DNA of 39,464 nt, taken from positions 1 to 39,464 of the forward strand of contig JBKJMH010000153.1 of assembly GCA_046596625.1 (NCBI GenBank), written 5' to 3'. The position numbers and the translations under genes were made by a program. The notes under the pieces were generated by a model that had not been told where the DNA came from, searched no databases, and saw only the letters and a list, made by a program, of their open reading frames with translations. Positions 23,677 to 32,030 of this stretch are shown in pieces. Numbering within the stretch: position 1 is the first letter of the stretch; every line of letters begins with the position of its first letter. The DNA is from Vicinamibacterales bacterium. GTDB taxonomy: Bacteria; Acidobacteriota; Vicinamibacteria; Vicinamibacterales; CAVVIG01.

Positions 23677-24639
23677 ATGCGGGCTCTCATCACCGGCGGT
23701 GCCGGTTTCATCGGCTCCCACTTGTCCGAGGCTCTGCTCGACGCCGGGCACCAGGTCCACGTGCTCGACAACCTGTCCACGGGTTCGATCGACAACATCA
23801 CCCACTTGAAGGGGAACGCGGGGTTCAGCTACGACATCGACTCGGTCGACAACGAACCGCTGCTGGCGGAACTGATCGACCACGCCGACGTGGTGTTCCA
23901 CTTCGCCGCCGCCGTCGGGGTGAAACTGATCGTCGAGCAGCCCGTGCATACGATCGAGACCAACGTGCACGGCACCGAAGTGGTGCTGAAACTGGCGAAC
24001 AAGAAGAAGAAGCTCGTCATCGTCGCCTCCACCTCGGAGGTCTACGGCAAGAGCATCGACGTGCCGTTCCGCGAGGATTCCGACCTGGTGATGGGGCCGA
24101 CCACGAAGCATCGCTGGGCCTACGCCTGCAGCAAGGCCATCGACGAGTTCCTGGCGCTTGCCTACTGGAAAGAGCGCAAGCTGCCGGTCATCATCGTGCG
24201 GTTCTTCAACACCGTCGGTCCGCGCCAGACCGGCCAGTACGGCATGGTCATCCCGAACTTCGTCCGCCAGGCGCTGGCCGGCGAGCCGATCACGGTCTTC
24301 GGCGACGGCACGCAGTGCCGGTCGTTCACGCACGTGTCCGACGTCGTCCGGGCGCTGATGGCCCTGATGAGCGAGCCGAAGGCCATCGGTCAGGTCGTGA
24401 ACATCGGCAATACCGAAGAAGTGTCGATTCAGGAGTTGGCCGAACGGATCAAGGCGGTGACGAACTCCGCCTCGCCGGTCAAGCTCATCCCCTACGACCA
24501 GGCCTACGAATCGGGCTTCGAGGACATGCCGCGACGGCTGCCGGACCTAACCAAGATCCGCGCGATGATCGGCTATGAACCGCGCCACAACCTCGACTCG
24601 ATCCTGCACGACGTGGTCGAGTTCTTCCGCGGGCAGTAG
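23677..24639 (+). CDS. extended SDR, UDP-glucuronate decarboxylase / ArnA C-terminal-domain-like
   Basis: ITGGAGFIGSHL, ASTSEVYG, GPTTKHRWAYACSK (YxxxK), FFNTVGPRQ. These closely parallel the ArnA decarboxylase-domain motifs PSTSEVYG and GPVNKPRWIYSVSK. Confidence 0.9.
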   Translation: MRALITGGAGFIGSHLSEALLDAGHQVHVLDNLSTGSIDNITHLKGNAGFSYDIDSVDNEPLLAELIDHADVVFHFAAAVGVKLIVEQPVHTIETNVHGTEVVLKLANKKKKLVIVASTSEVYGKSIDVPFREDSDLVMGPTTKHRWAYACSKAIDEFLALAYWKERKLPVIIVRFFNTVGPRQTGQYGMVIPNFVRQALAGEPITVFGDGTQCRSFTHVSDVVRALMALMSEPKAIGQVVNIGNTEEVSIQELAERIKAVTNSASPVKLIPYDQAYESGFEDMPRRLPDLTKIRAMIGYEPRHNLDSILHDVVEFFRGQ

Positions 24640-24654
24640 CCGTATACTGAGGCC

Positions 24655-25323
24655 ATGCGACTGCACGTCTTCGGCCTCATCGTCGCAGGGATGGCGCTCG
24701 TCGGCGAGCCGGCGTCGGCCCAGGTGCGCATCACGATTGCCGAAGGACTGGTCACGGTGTCCGCGAAGGACGCCACCATCCGCCAGATCCTGACCGAGTG
24801 GGCCCGGGTGGGCCAGACCCGTATCGTGAACCTCGATCGCCTGTCTGGCGCGCCGATGTCGCTCGAACTGACGAATGTGCCGGAGGCGCAGGCGCTCGAG
24901 ACGGTGCTGCGTTCGGTCAGCGGCTACCTGGCCGCGCCGCGCGCCAGCGACCTGCCAAACGCGTCGCGCTACGACCGCATCTTCCTGCTGGCGTCGAGCA
25001 GCGGGAGCACGTCGCGCCCAGTTGCGTCGGCGCCGCCGCCGGCGCCGGTCTTCGCGCCGCCGCCATTCAACGATGAACAACCGGCCGTCGACGAGGACGC
25101 CCCGCGTCCGCCGACCGCGCAGCAGAACCCGAACGTTCCGGTTCGCGGGCCGGTCTTCGCCACGTTCCCGCAACCGCAGCCGCAGGCGCCGCAGCAGCCG
25201 CAGCAGCCACCGGGCGCCTCGCCCGTCGCTGCGCCGCCTTTCGGCGGGTCATCCGGCGTCTCGACGCCAGGCATGATCGTGCCGACGCCGCAACCGGCGG
25301 CCCCGCGCAACACTGATCGCTGA
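24655..25323 (+). CDS. secreted hypothetical protein: signal peptide, a ~90-aa globular domain, and a Pro/Gln-rich tail
   Basis: Signal peptide MRLHVFGLIVAGMALVGEPASA/Q. The domain VTVSAKDATIRQILTEWARVGQTRIVNLDRLSG.PMSLELTNVPEAQALETVLRSVSGY resembles secretin/STN-type N-terminal modules. The tail is low-complexity PPPAPVFAPPP...PQPQPQAPQQPQQPP. GAGG SD before the ATG. Confidence 0.75.
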   Translation: MRLHVFGLIVAGMALVGEPASAQVRITIAEGLVTVSAKDATIRQILTEWARVGQTRIVNLDRLSGAPMSLELTNVPEAQALETVLRSVSGYLAAPRASDLPNASRYDRIFLLASSSGSTSRPVASAPPPAPVFAPPPFNDEQPAVDEDAPRPPTAQQNPNVPVRGPVFATFPQPQPQAPQQPQQPPGASPVAAPPFGGSSGVSTPGMIVPTPQPAAPRNTDR

Positions 25324-25359
25324 ACGCGCCGCCGCATTTCGCAGGAGTTCTATCCACCC

Positions 25360-25812
25360 ATGTCACTCGTCGACCAGATCAGCGCCGCCATCACCGACGC
25401 CATGCGCCAGAGGGACGCCGCGCGGCTGAGCGCGCTGCGCATGCTCAAGGCCGCCTTCATGAACAAGAGCATCGAGAAGGGGCATGACCTGGACGACGCC
25501 GAGGCGCAACAGGTGGTGAATGCGGTCGTGAAGCAGCGGCGCGACTCGGTGGAACAGTTCCAGAAGGGCGGACGTCAGGATCTCGTCGAGAAAGAGCAGG
25601 CCGAGATCACCATTCTCGAGTCGTACCTGCCGCCCGCTGCCGACCCGGCACTCATCGAGCAGGCCGTCGTCGACGCCATCGCCGAAACCGGGGCCGCGTC
25701 CGCGAAGGACATGGGCAAGGTGATGAAGGCCGCCATGGCGACGCTCGTCGGCCAGACCATCGACGGCAAGGTCGTCAGCGAGCTCGTGCGGAAGAAGCTG
25801 GCCGGCGGCTAG
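25360..25812 (+). CDS. GatB/YqeY domain protein
   Basis: 150 aa. AMRQRDAARLSALRMLKAA, VVKQRRDSVEQFQKGGRQDLVEKEQAEITILESYLP and KDMGKVMKA match the YqeY family. Confidence 0.9.
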   Translation: MSLVDQISAAITDAMRQRDAARLSALRMLKAAFMNKSIEKGHDLDDAEAQQVVNAVVKQRRDSVEQFQKGGRQDLVEKEQAEITILESYLPPAADPALIEQAVVDAIAETGAASAKDMGKVMKAAMATLVGQTIDGKVVSELVRKKLAGG

Positions 25813-25815
25813 CCC

Positions 25816-27429
25816 ATGGCACAGGCTCCGGCCGCGGACGCGCCGCCAGACGCCGGCACCTCCGAACCGATCGCCAGGGCGGCCGGCCTCGCCGGCGCCG
25901 CCACCCTGACCAGCCGCATCCTCGGACTCGTGCGCGAGCAGGTGCTCGCGGCCCTCTTCGGCGCGGGCGACCAGATGGACGCGTTCCTGGTCGCCTTCCG
26001 CATCCCCAACCTGTTGCGGGACCTGTTCGCCGAAGGCGCGATGAGCGCCGCGTTCGTCCCGACCTTCACCACCCACCTGACGAAGCACGGCAAGGCGGAC
26101 GCGTGGCGTCTCGGCAACAACGTGCTGAACGCGCTGCTGCTGATCACCGGCGCCCTTGCACTGCTTGGCGTGCTCTTCGCCAAGCCGCTCGTCACGCTCT
26201 ACGCCGAGAACTTCGCGGCCGTGCCTGGCAAGCTCGAGCTCACCGTCACCCTGGCGCGAGTCATGTTCCCGTTCATCACGCTCGTCGCCGTCGCGGCGGC
26301 CGCCATGGGCATGCTGAACTCCCTGCGGCACTACTTCGTGCCGGCGCTCGCCCCTGCCACGTTCAACGTCGTCGCCATCGTGTTCGCGGTGGGCCTGACG
26401 CCGGTGATGCCGATGCTCGGGTTGCCGCGCATCATGTCGATGGCGGTGGCGGCACTGGTCGGCGGGATCGCGCAGGTGCTGGTGCAGTGGCCGACGCTGC
26501 GCCGGGAGGGGTTCCGTTATCGCCCGCTCCTCGACGTCCGCGACCAGGGGCTACGCCAGGTGCTGGTGCTGATGGGGCCAGGCACCGTGGGCCTCGCCGC
26601 CACGCAGGTGAACCTGCTCGTCAGCACCCTGATCGCCACCAGCCAGGGCACCGGTGCCGTGTCGTGGCTGCAGTACGCCTTCCGCGTGATGTACCTGCCG
26701 CTCGGACTCTTCGGCGTGTCGATCGCCACGGCGGTGCTTCCGGCGGCGGCCCGTCACGCGGCCGTGAACGACCTGACCGCGATCCGCCGCACGGTCTCGC
26801 AGGGACTGGCGCTGATGCTGGTGGTGAACATCCCCGCAACCTGTGGCCTCATCGCCCTGTCGACCGAGATCATCCGCCTGCTGCTCGAACGCGGGCACTT
26901 CACGGCTGCGGACACAACCGCCACTGCCGCAGCCTTGCGTCTCTATGCCGTCGGACTCGTCGGCTACTCGACCACGCGCATCGCCTCGCCGGTGTTCTAC
27001 GCGCTCGGACGAAGCCGCGTGCCAGTGGCGCTGAGCGTGGTGTCGATGCTCACCAATCTGGGCCTGAGCCTCGTGCTGGTGCGCGTCATGGGCTTTGGCG
27101 GTCTCGCCCTGGCCACCGCACTGGCCGCGCTCGTCAACGCGACGCTGTGTGTCGTGTTGCTGCGCCGCCATCTCGACGGCCTGGCGGGCCGCTCCCTGGC
27201 ACTCACCTTCCTCAAGACCGGCATCGCGTCGGCCGCGATGACGGCGGCGGTCATCGCCGTGAACCGTTCACTGTCCGGTTCGGCTGGCGATGCGGGCACG
27301 GCCATGCAGGCGCTCCATCTCGTGGCGGCGATCGCCGCTGGCCTGTTCGTCCTGGCGCTCGCTGCGTGGGTGCTGCGCATCGGCGAGTTCGCGTCGCTGG
27401 CGGCAGACGTGCGCGGACGGTTACAGTAG
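25816..27429 (+). CDS. murJ: lipid II flippase MurJ (MviN)
   Basis: SRILGLVREQVLAALFGAGDQMDAFLVAFRIPNLLRDLFAEGAMSAAFVPTF is the canonical MurJ N-terminus. Polytopic MOP-superfamily protein of about 14 TM helices. Confidence 0.93.
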   Translation: MAQAPAADAPPDAGTSEPIARAAGLAGAATLTSRILGLVREQVLAALFGAGDQMDAFLVAFRIPNLLRDLFAEGAMSAAFVPTFTTHLTKHGKADAWRLGNNVLNALLLITGALALLGVLFAKPLVTLYAENFAAVPGKLELTVTLARVMFPFITLVAVAAAAMGMLNSLRHYFVPALAPATFNVVAIVFAVGLTPVMPMLGLPRIMSMAVAALVGGIAQVLVQWPTLRREGFRYRPLLDVRDQGLRQVLVLMGPGTVGLAATQVNLLVSTLIATSQGTGAVSWLQYAFRVMYLPLGLFGVSIATAVLPAAARHAAVNDLTAIRRTVSQGLALMLVVNIPATCGLIALSTEIIRLLLERGHFTAADTTATAAALRLYAVGLVGYSTTRIASPVFYALGRSRVPVALSVVSMLTNLGLSLVLVRVMGFGGLALATALAALVNATLCVVLLRRHLDGLAGRSLALTFLKTGIASAAMTAAVIAVNRSLSGSAGDAGTAMQALHLVAAIAAGLFVLALAAWVLRIGEFASLAADVRGRLQ

Positions 27430-27486
27430 TTGCCCGAGCGCTGACCGACCGTCACGACCCGACGTGTTACGATCAAAAACGCGCCC

Positions 27487-28254
27487 ATGCGCCGACCTAA
27501 TTCCCGCTACGGATCGTCGATGTCGTTCGGCCCCGGGCCGCTGTCCTCAGCGCTCAAGGGACTCATTGGCGCGACTGTCGGGGTCTTCCTCCTGCAGGTC
27601 GTAGCCGAGTGGACCGGCTGGAATCTGACGTGGACCTTCAGCCTGCGTCCCGTCGAGGTTCTCGAGCGCTTCCAGTTGTGGCGCCTGGCCACCTACATGT
27701 TCCTGCACGACCCGAGGAACCTGTTCCACCTGCTCTTCAACATGCTCGCGCTCTGGATGTTCGGCACCGAGCTCGAGCGCGTCTGGGGCACCCGCTACTT
27801 CCTCAGGTTCTACTTCGTCACCGGCATCGGCGCCGGCGTCCTCACCGCGCTGTTCTCGCTGCTGCCGTTCGACTTCGCCGCACAGGTCTACGGTTCGTAC
27901 ATCTACGGCGCGTCTGGCGCCATCTTCGGGTTGCTGCTCGCATATGCGATGTACTTCCCGGAGCGCGAGATGTACCTGTGGATGCTGTTTCCGGTGAAGA
28001 CCAAGTACGCCGTGATGATTTTCGGCGCCATCGAACTCTTCCTCACCATCACCGGCAGTAACGGCGTCGCCAACGCCACGCACCTCAGCGGCTTCGTCGT
28101 GGCCTACCTGTTCCTCAAGGGTGGGCGCATGCAGATGCACCCGTGGTCGGAGGTGAAGTACCGGTACCTGAAGTGGAAGATCAACCGGGCGCGCGCCAGG
28201 TTCGATGTCTACCAGGGTGGTCGTGCGAAGGACTGGGACCGCAAGGTCCACTGA
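27487..28254 (+). CDS. rhomboid family intramembrane serine protease
   Basis: FHLLFNMLALWMFG (HxxxN), the GASGAIFGLL catalytic Ser motif, and the ATHLSGFVVAY catalytic His motif. An alternative ATG at 27517 is possible. Confidence 0.88.
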   Translation: MRRPNSRYGSSMSFGPGPLSSALKGLIGATVGVFLLQVVAEWTGWNLTWTFSLRPVEVLERFQLWRLATYMFLHDPRNLFHLLFNMLALWMFGTELERVWGTRYFLRFYFVTGIGAGVLTALFSLLPFDFAAQVYGSYIYGASGAIFGLLLAYAMYFPEREMYLWMLFPVKTKYAVMIFGAIELFLTITGSNGVANATHLSGFVVAYLFLKGGRMQMHPWSEVKYRYLKWKINRARARFDVYQGGRAKDWDRKVH

Positions 28255-28257
28255 TCG

Positions 28258-28749
28258 TCAGCGCCGGAGACTGAACGGCAACCGCACGCCCCCGAACGCC
28301 AACCCGAGCGTCCCGCCCAGCACCGGCAACCCGTATCCGTTGGTGAGCATCGCGTAGGTGAACAGCGCGCCGCTGGCGACGTGGATGTTCAGCACCATGA
28401 CGAACGCCAGGAAGGCGGCGAGCGACGTCCAGATCCCGGCGATGAGCGCGAGGCCCGCCGCGATTTCACCAAGTGGCACGAGCCGCGCGAAGACCACCGT
28501 GCCGGGAATGGCCACATGCTCCAGATACCAGTGCGTGGGCGAGCCCGCGGCCGCATCGGCCAGCCAGTGGTTGAAGCGCCCGGCGAGAATGGAGGTGTCC
28601 AGCAGCCACCGGTACTTGTTGAGACCTTCGAAGAGAAAGAAAACGCCGAGGGCCACGCGGATGATCGTGAGTCCGGTCCCCTGCCTGTCGATTGCCATGG
28701 TTCCTCCCTGCTGAAGCCGGGCTGACGGCAGCCCCCGACGCCTGGCCAT
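28258..28749 (-). CDS. DoxX family membrane protein
   Basis: LTIIRVALGVFFLFEGLNKY and four hydrophobic helices. Start is either ATG 28749, directly after the cupin stop, or ATG 28698, preceded by GGGAGGAACC. Confidence 0.8.
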   Translation of the reverse strand: MARRRGLPSARLQQGGTMAIDRQGTGLTIIRVALGVFFLFEGLNKYRWLLDTSILAGRFNHWLADAAAGSPTHWYLEHVAIPGTVVFARLVPLGEIAAGLALIAGIWTSLAAFLAFVMVLNIHVASGALFTYAMLTNGYGLPVLGGTLGLAFGGVRLPFSLRR

Positions 28750-29112
28750 TCAGCGAGGCAGCTCCTCGTCGGCGCCGGTGAGCCATTCCTCACGGATCGG
28801 ACTGAAGATGTCGAGTTCGAAGGTGTCGTCGAGCGCCTCCGACTGGTGCGCGATGCCGGACGGGATGTGGAGCACTTCGCCTTCCCGCACGGTGATCTCC
28901 TCGCCAGCCACCAGGAATTTCAGCGCGCCCTGGAGCACGTACGTCATCTGCTCGCTCGCGTGGGAATGGAGCGGCACCAGGCAGCCGCGCTTCACGTAGA
29001 CCTGGACGAGCATCTCGCGCTCGCCGGTCACGATCTTCCGAGACAGCATCTCGGTGACCTTGTCGAGCGCAATTTCATCCCATCGGTGCAATCGCACGCC
29101 AGTCTGCCCCAT
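28750..29112 (-). CDS. cupin domain protein
   Basis: VPLHSHASEQMTYVLQGALKF...GEVLHIPSGIAHQSE matches the two cupin motifs. Start uncertain: ATG 29112 or TTG 29133. Confidence 0.8.
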   Translation of the reverse strand: MGQTGVRLHRWDEIALDKVTEMLSRKIVTGEREMLVQVYVKRGCLVPLHSHASEQMTYVLQGALKFLVAGEEITVREGEVLHIPSGIAHQSEALDDTFELDIFSPIREEWLTGADEELPR

Positions 29113-29144
29113 GCTTGCTTGAGGATATCCCAACCTCTCGGGGG

Positions 29145-29153
29145 TGCTATATA
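29145..29153 (+). promoter_or_regulatory. possible extended -10 element (TGcTATATA) in the cupin/E1 divergent gap
   Basis: A conspicuous AT-rich TGCTATATA in a GC-rich background, 12 nt before ATG 29165. If used, it excludes GTG 29144 as the start and implies a nearly leaderless mRNA. Confidence 0.35.
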
Positions 29154-29164
29154 CTTCGAAATCG

Positions 29165-31309
29165 ATGAAGAGCGCCGTCGCGAACGGTGATCGTCAGGCG
29201 GCGAAGGCTGCGGAGGCCACATTCGATGGGCTCTCCAGCGATCAGGTCCTCGACGCCTACCGCACGATCGTCTTGTCACGAAAGATCGACGACAAGGAAA
29301 TCCAGCTCAAGAACCAGAGCCAGGCATTCTTCCAGATCAGCGGTGCCGGTCACGAGGCCATTCTCGTCGCCGTCGGCCTGACGCTGCGCCCAGGCTACGA
29401 CTGGTTCCACCCTTATTACCGCGATCGGGCGCTCTGCCTGCAACTCGGCGTCACGGCGCTCGACATGCTGCTGGCGTCGGTTGGCGCTGAGGCCGACCCG
29501 AGCAACGCGGGCCGCCAGATGCCGTCGCACTGGGGCAACACGTCGCTGCACATCGTCGCCGGTTCCAGCTGCACCGCCACGCAGGTGCTGCACGCGGTCG
29601 GCATGGCCGAAGCCGGCACCCTCTACAGCCGGATCGAGCAGATTGCGGGTCGCGAGGCGCTGTTCCATTTCGACGAGATCGTCTACACCTCGCTCGGCGA
29701 AGGGTCGACCAGCGAAGGGGAGTTCTGGGAAGCGGTCAGCGTGTCGTGCACGCGTCACATCCCGGTCCTGTTCCTCGTCGAAGACAACGGCTACGCCATC
29801 TCGACACCCGTCGAAGTCGAAACGCCGGGCGGCGACATCTCGAAGCTGCTGCGTTCGTTCCCGGACCTGCACATCGAAACGGCCGACGGCACCGACCTCT
29901 TCGACAGCCTGCGCGCGGTGCGGGCGGCAGCCGACTACGTGCGTGCCCGCAAGGGACCCGCACTGGTCCACGCGCATGTCACCCGACCGTACTCGCACTC
30001 GCTGTCCGACGACGAAAAGCTGTACAAGACAGCGGCTGAGCGCGAAGCGGAAGCCAGGCGCGACCCGATTGGCCGCCTCGCGGCGTTCATCACCACCAAC
30101 GGACTGGCCACCGCCGACGACCTCGTCGCCCTCGAGGCCGGGATCGACCGCGAGGTCTCGCTCGCCGCCGAACAGGCGGTTGCGGCACCGAAGCCGTCGA
30201 AGAGCACGGTCACCGACTTCGTCTACTCGCCGAGTGTGGACCCGGCGTCTGCCGCCTTCGACACGCCGGCCACCCCGCACGGCAAGCCCAGTACGATGGT
30301 GGACGCGATCAACGAAACGCTGAAGGACGAGATGGCGCATAACCCGCGCATCGTCATGTTCGGCGAGGACATCGCGGACGCGAGCCGGGCCGAAGCCCTG
30401 AAGGAAGTAAAGGGCAAGGGCGGCGTCTTCAAGGTCACGCACGGCCTGCAGCGCACCTACGGCAGCGACCGCGTGTTCAACGCCCCGATCGCCGAAGCCA
30501 GCATCATCGGCCGCGCCATCGGCATGGCCATGCGCGGGCTCAAGCCAGTGGTCGAGATTCAGTTCTTCGACTACATCTGGCCCGCGATGATGCAGATCCG
30601 CGACGAGATGTCGATGCTGCGCTACCGGTCGGGCAACCACTGGTCGTGTCCGGTCGTCATCCGGGTGCCGATCGGCGGCTACCTGCGCGGCGGCGGTCCG
30701 TACCACAGCCAGTCGGGCGAGAGCATCTTCGCCCACTGCCCTGGTCTGCGCATCGTCTACCCCTGCAATGCGGTGGACGCCGCCGGCCTGCTGCGCACGG
30801 CCATCCGCTGCGACGACCCGGTGCTGTACCTCGAACACAAGCACCTGTACCGCCAGACCTACAACAAGGGCGAGTACCCGGGCTCGGACTTCATGATTCC
30901 GTTCGGCAAGGGCTCCCTTCGCAGGGAAGGTTCGGACCTTGTCGTGCTGACGTGGGGCGCGCTGGTGCAACGCTCGGTCTTGGCGGCGCAGCAAGCCGCG
31001 GAACGCGACGGCATCCAGGCGGCGGTGTTCGACCTTCGCAGCATCATGCCGTTCGACTGGGAGGCCATCTCGGCCCTGGTAAAGCAGACGAACCGCGTCG
31101 TCATCGCGCACGAGGATTCGCTGACCTGCGGCTTCGGCGCGGAACTCGCCGCGCGTATCGCCGACGAACTCTTCCCGTATCTCGACGCGCCGATCCGGCG
31201 CGTGGCGGCGCTCGACACGCCGGTGGCGTACGCGCCGGACCTCGAAGAAGCGATCCTGCCGCAGCCATCGGACGTTCTCGCCGCCATTCGCGCCGTCGCG
31301 ACGTTTTGA
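29165..31309 (+). CDS. fused E1 alpha/beta subunit of a TPP-dependent 2-oxoacid (branched-chain-type) dehydrogenase
   Basis: The N-terminal half carries E1-alpha motifs ([27 protein letters not shown]). The C-terminal half carries E1-beta motifs ([45 protein letters not shown]). Alternative GTG start at 29144. Confidence 0.9.
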   Translation: MKSAVANGDRQAAKAAEATFDGLSSDQVLDAYRTIVLSRKIDDKEIQLKNQSQAFFQISGAGHEAILVAVGLTLRPGYDWFHPYYRDRALCLQLGVTALDMLLASVGAEADPSNAGRQMPSHWGNTSLHIVAGSSCTATQVLHAVGMAEAGTLYSRIEQIAGREALFHFDEIVYTSLGEGSTSEGEFWEAVSVSCTRHIPVLFLVEDNGYAISTPVEVETPGGDISKLLRSFPDLHIETADGTDLFDSLRAVRAAADYVRARKGPALVHAHVTRPYSHSLSDDEKLYKTAAEREAEARRDPIGRLAAFITTNGLATADDLVALEAGIDREVSLAAEQAVAAPKPSKSTVTDFVYSPSVDPASAAFDTPATPHGKPSTMVDAINETLKDEMAHNPRIVMFGEDIADASRAEALKEVKGKGGVFKVTHGLQRTYGSDRVFNAPIAEASIIGRAIGMAMRGLKPVVEIQFFDYIWPAMMQIRDEMSMLRYRSGNHWSCPVVIRVPIGGYLRGGGPYHSQSGESIFAHCPGLRIVYPCNAVDAAGLLRTAIRCDDPVLYLEHKHLYRQTYNKGEYPGSDFMIPFGKGSLRREGSDLVVLTWGALVQRSVLAAQQAAERDGIQAAVFDLRSIMPFDWEAISALVKQTNRVVIAHEDSLTCGFGAELAARIADELFPYLDAPIRRVAALDTPVAYAPDLEEAILPQPSDVLAAIRAVATF

Positions 31310-31362
31310 GACGGTAATCTTTCGGAGCTGCCGGCTCCTCCACAGCACGCGGGCCGCGTCTC

Positions 31363-31401
31363 TTGACACCCCCTCGCCGATGAATGAACATCCATTCATC
31401 G
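31363..31401 (+). promoter_or_regulatory. TTGACA -35 box plus a perfect 9-6-9 palindrome CGATGAATG-aacatc-CATTCATCG (putative FadR-type operator)
   Basis: TTGACA at 31363-31368, with a candidate -10 GAACAT at 31386-31391 after 17 nt. The palindrome spans 31378-31401 and covers the -10 region and the first in-frame ATG (31380) of the TetR gene. Confidence 0.55.
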
Positions 31402-31403
31402 CC

Positions 31404-32030
31404 ATGCCCGCCCTCCCTGCCGTCCGCCGGCGCGCCGCGCAACCCGCTCCTCCCCCAGCCGCGAAGCGCGACGCGATTCTCCGCGCGGCCATCGACGTGT
31501 TCGCCGAACGCGGCTACTTCAACGCCCAGGTCGCCGACGTGGCGCGTGCCGCCGGCGTGGCTGCCGGCACGGTCTACCTCTACTTCCGCAGCAAGGACGA
31601 CCTGCTCGTCTCGATCTTCGAACGCACGGTGCAGGAACGGCTGCGCGAAGGGCGCGAGGAAGTGGCCGGCATTGCGGACCCGGCCGAGCGGCTTCGCCGA
31701 TTCGCGCAGCTGCACCTCGGCATGCTCGGACGCGACCGCAACCTCGCCATCGTGTTCCAGGTGGAACTGCGTCAGTCGGTGAAGTTCATGGAACGTTTTT
31801 CGTCCACGCTGCTGCGCGAGTACCTGGGGCAGATTCGGGCCACGATCGAAGCGGGCCAGCAGAGCGGCGTCTTCCGGAAGAATCTCAACGCCACGACCGT
31901 CGCCAAGATGTTCTTCGGCGCACTCGACGAGATGGCCACCAACTGGATTCTCAGCCGCCGTCGCTACACCCTCGAACGGGACGCCGACGCAGTCGTAGAC
32001 ATTTTCCTCGACGGGACACGCCCACGATGA
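31404..32030 (+). CDS. TetR/AcrR family regulator, fatty-acid-degradation repressor-like (Bacillus FadR/YsiA type)
   Basis: HTH region RDAILRAAIDVFAERGYFNAQVADVARAAGVAAGTVYLYFRSKDDLL. The stop overlaps the start of the downstream beta-oxidation gene (ATGA). Start is ATG 31404, or ATG 31380 if the promoter call is wrong. Confidence 0.87.
   Translation: MPALPAVRRRAAQPAPPPAAKRDAILRAAIDVFAERGYFNAQVADVARAAGVAAGTVYLYFRSKDDLLVSIFERTVQERLREGREEVAGIADPAERLRRFAQLHLGMLGRDRNLAIVFQVELRQSVKFMERFSSTLLREYLGQIRATIEAGQQSGVFRKNLNATTVAKMFFGALDEMATNWILSRRRYTLERDADAVVDIFLDGTRPR

Noticed and set aside
29276-31492. 738-aa minus-strand ORF opposite the fused E1 dehydrogenase and the TetR promoter
   Set aside because: It is antisense to a gene with clear E1 alpha/beta motifs. 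It has an Arg/Ala/Gly/Val-rich composition and no motifs, so it is a high-GC artefact.
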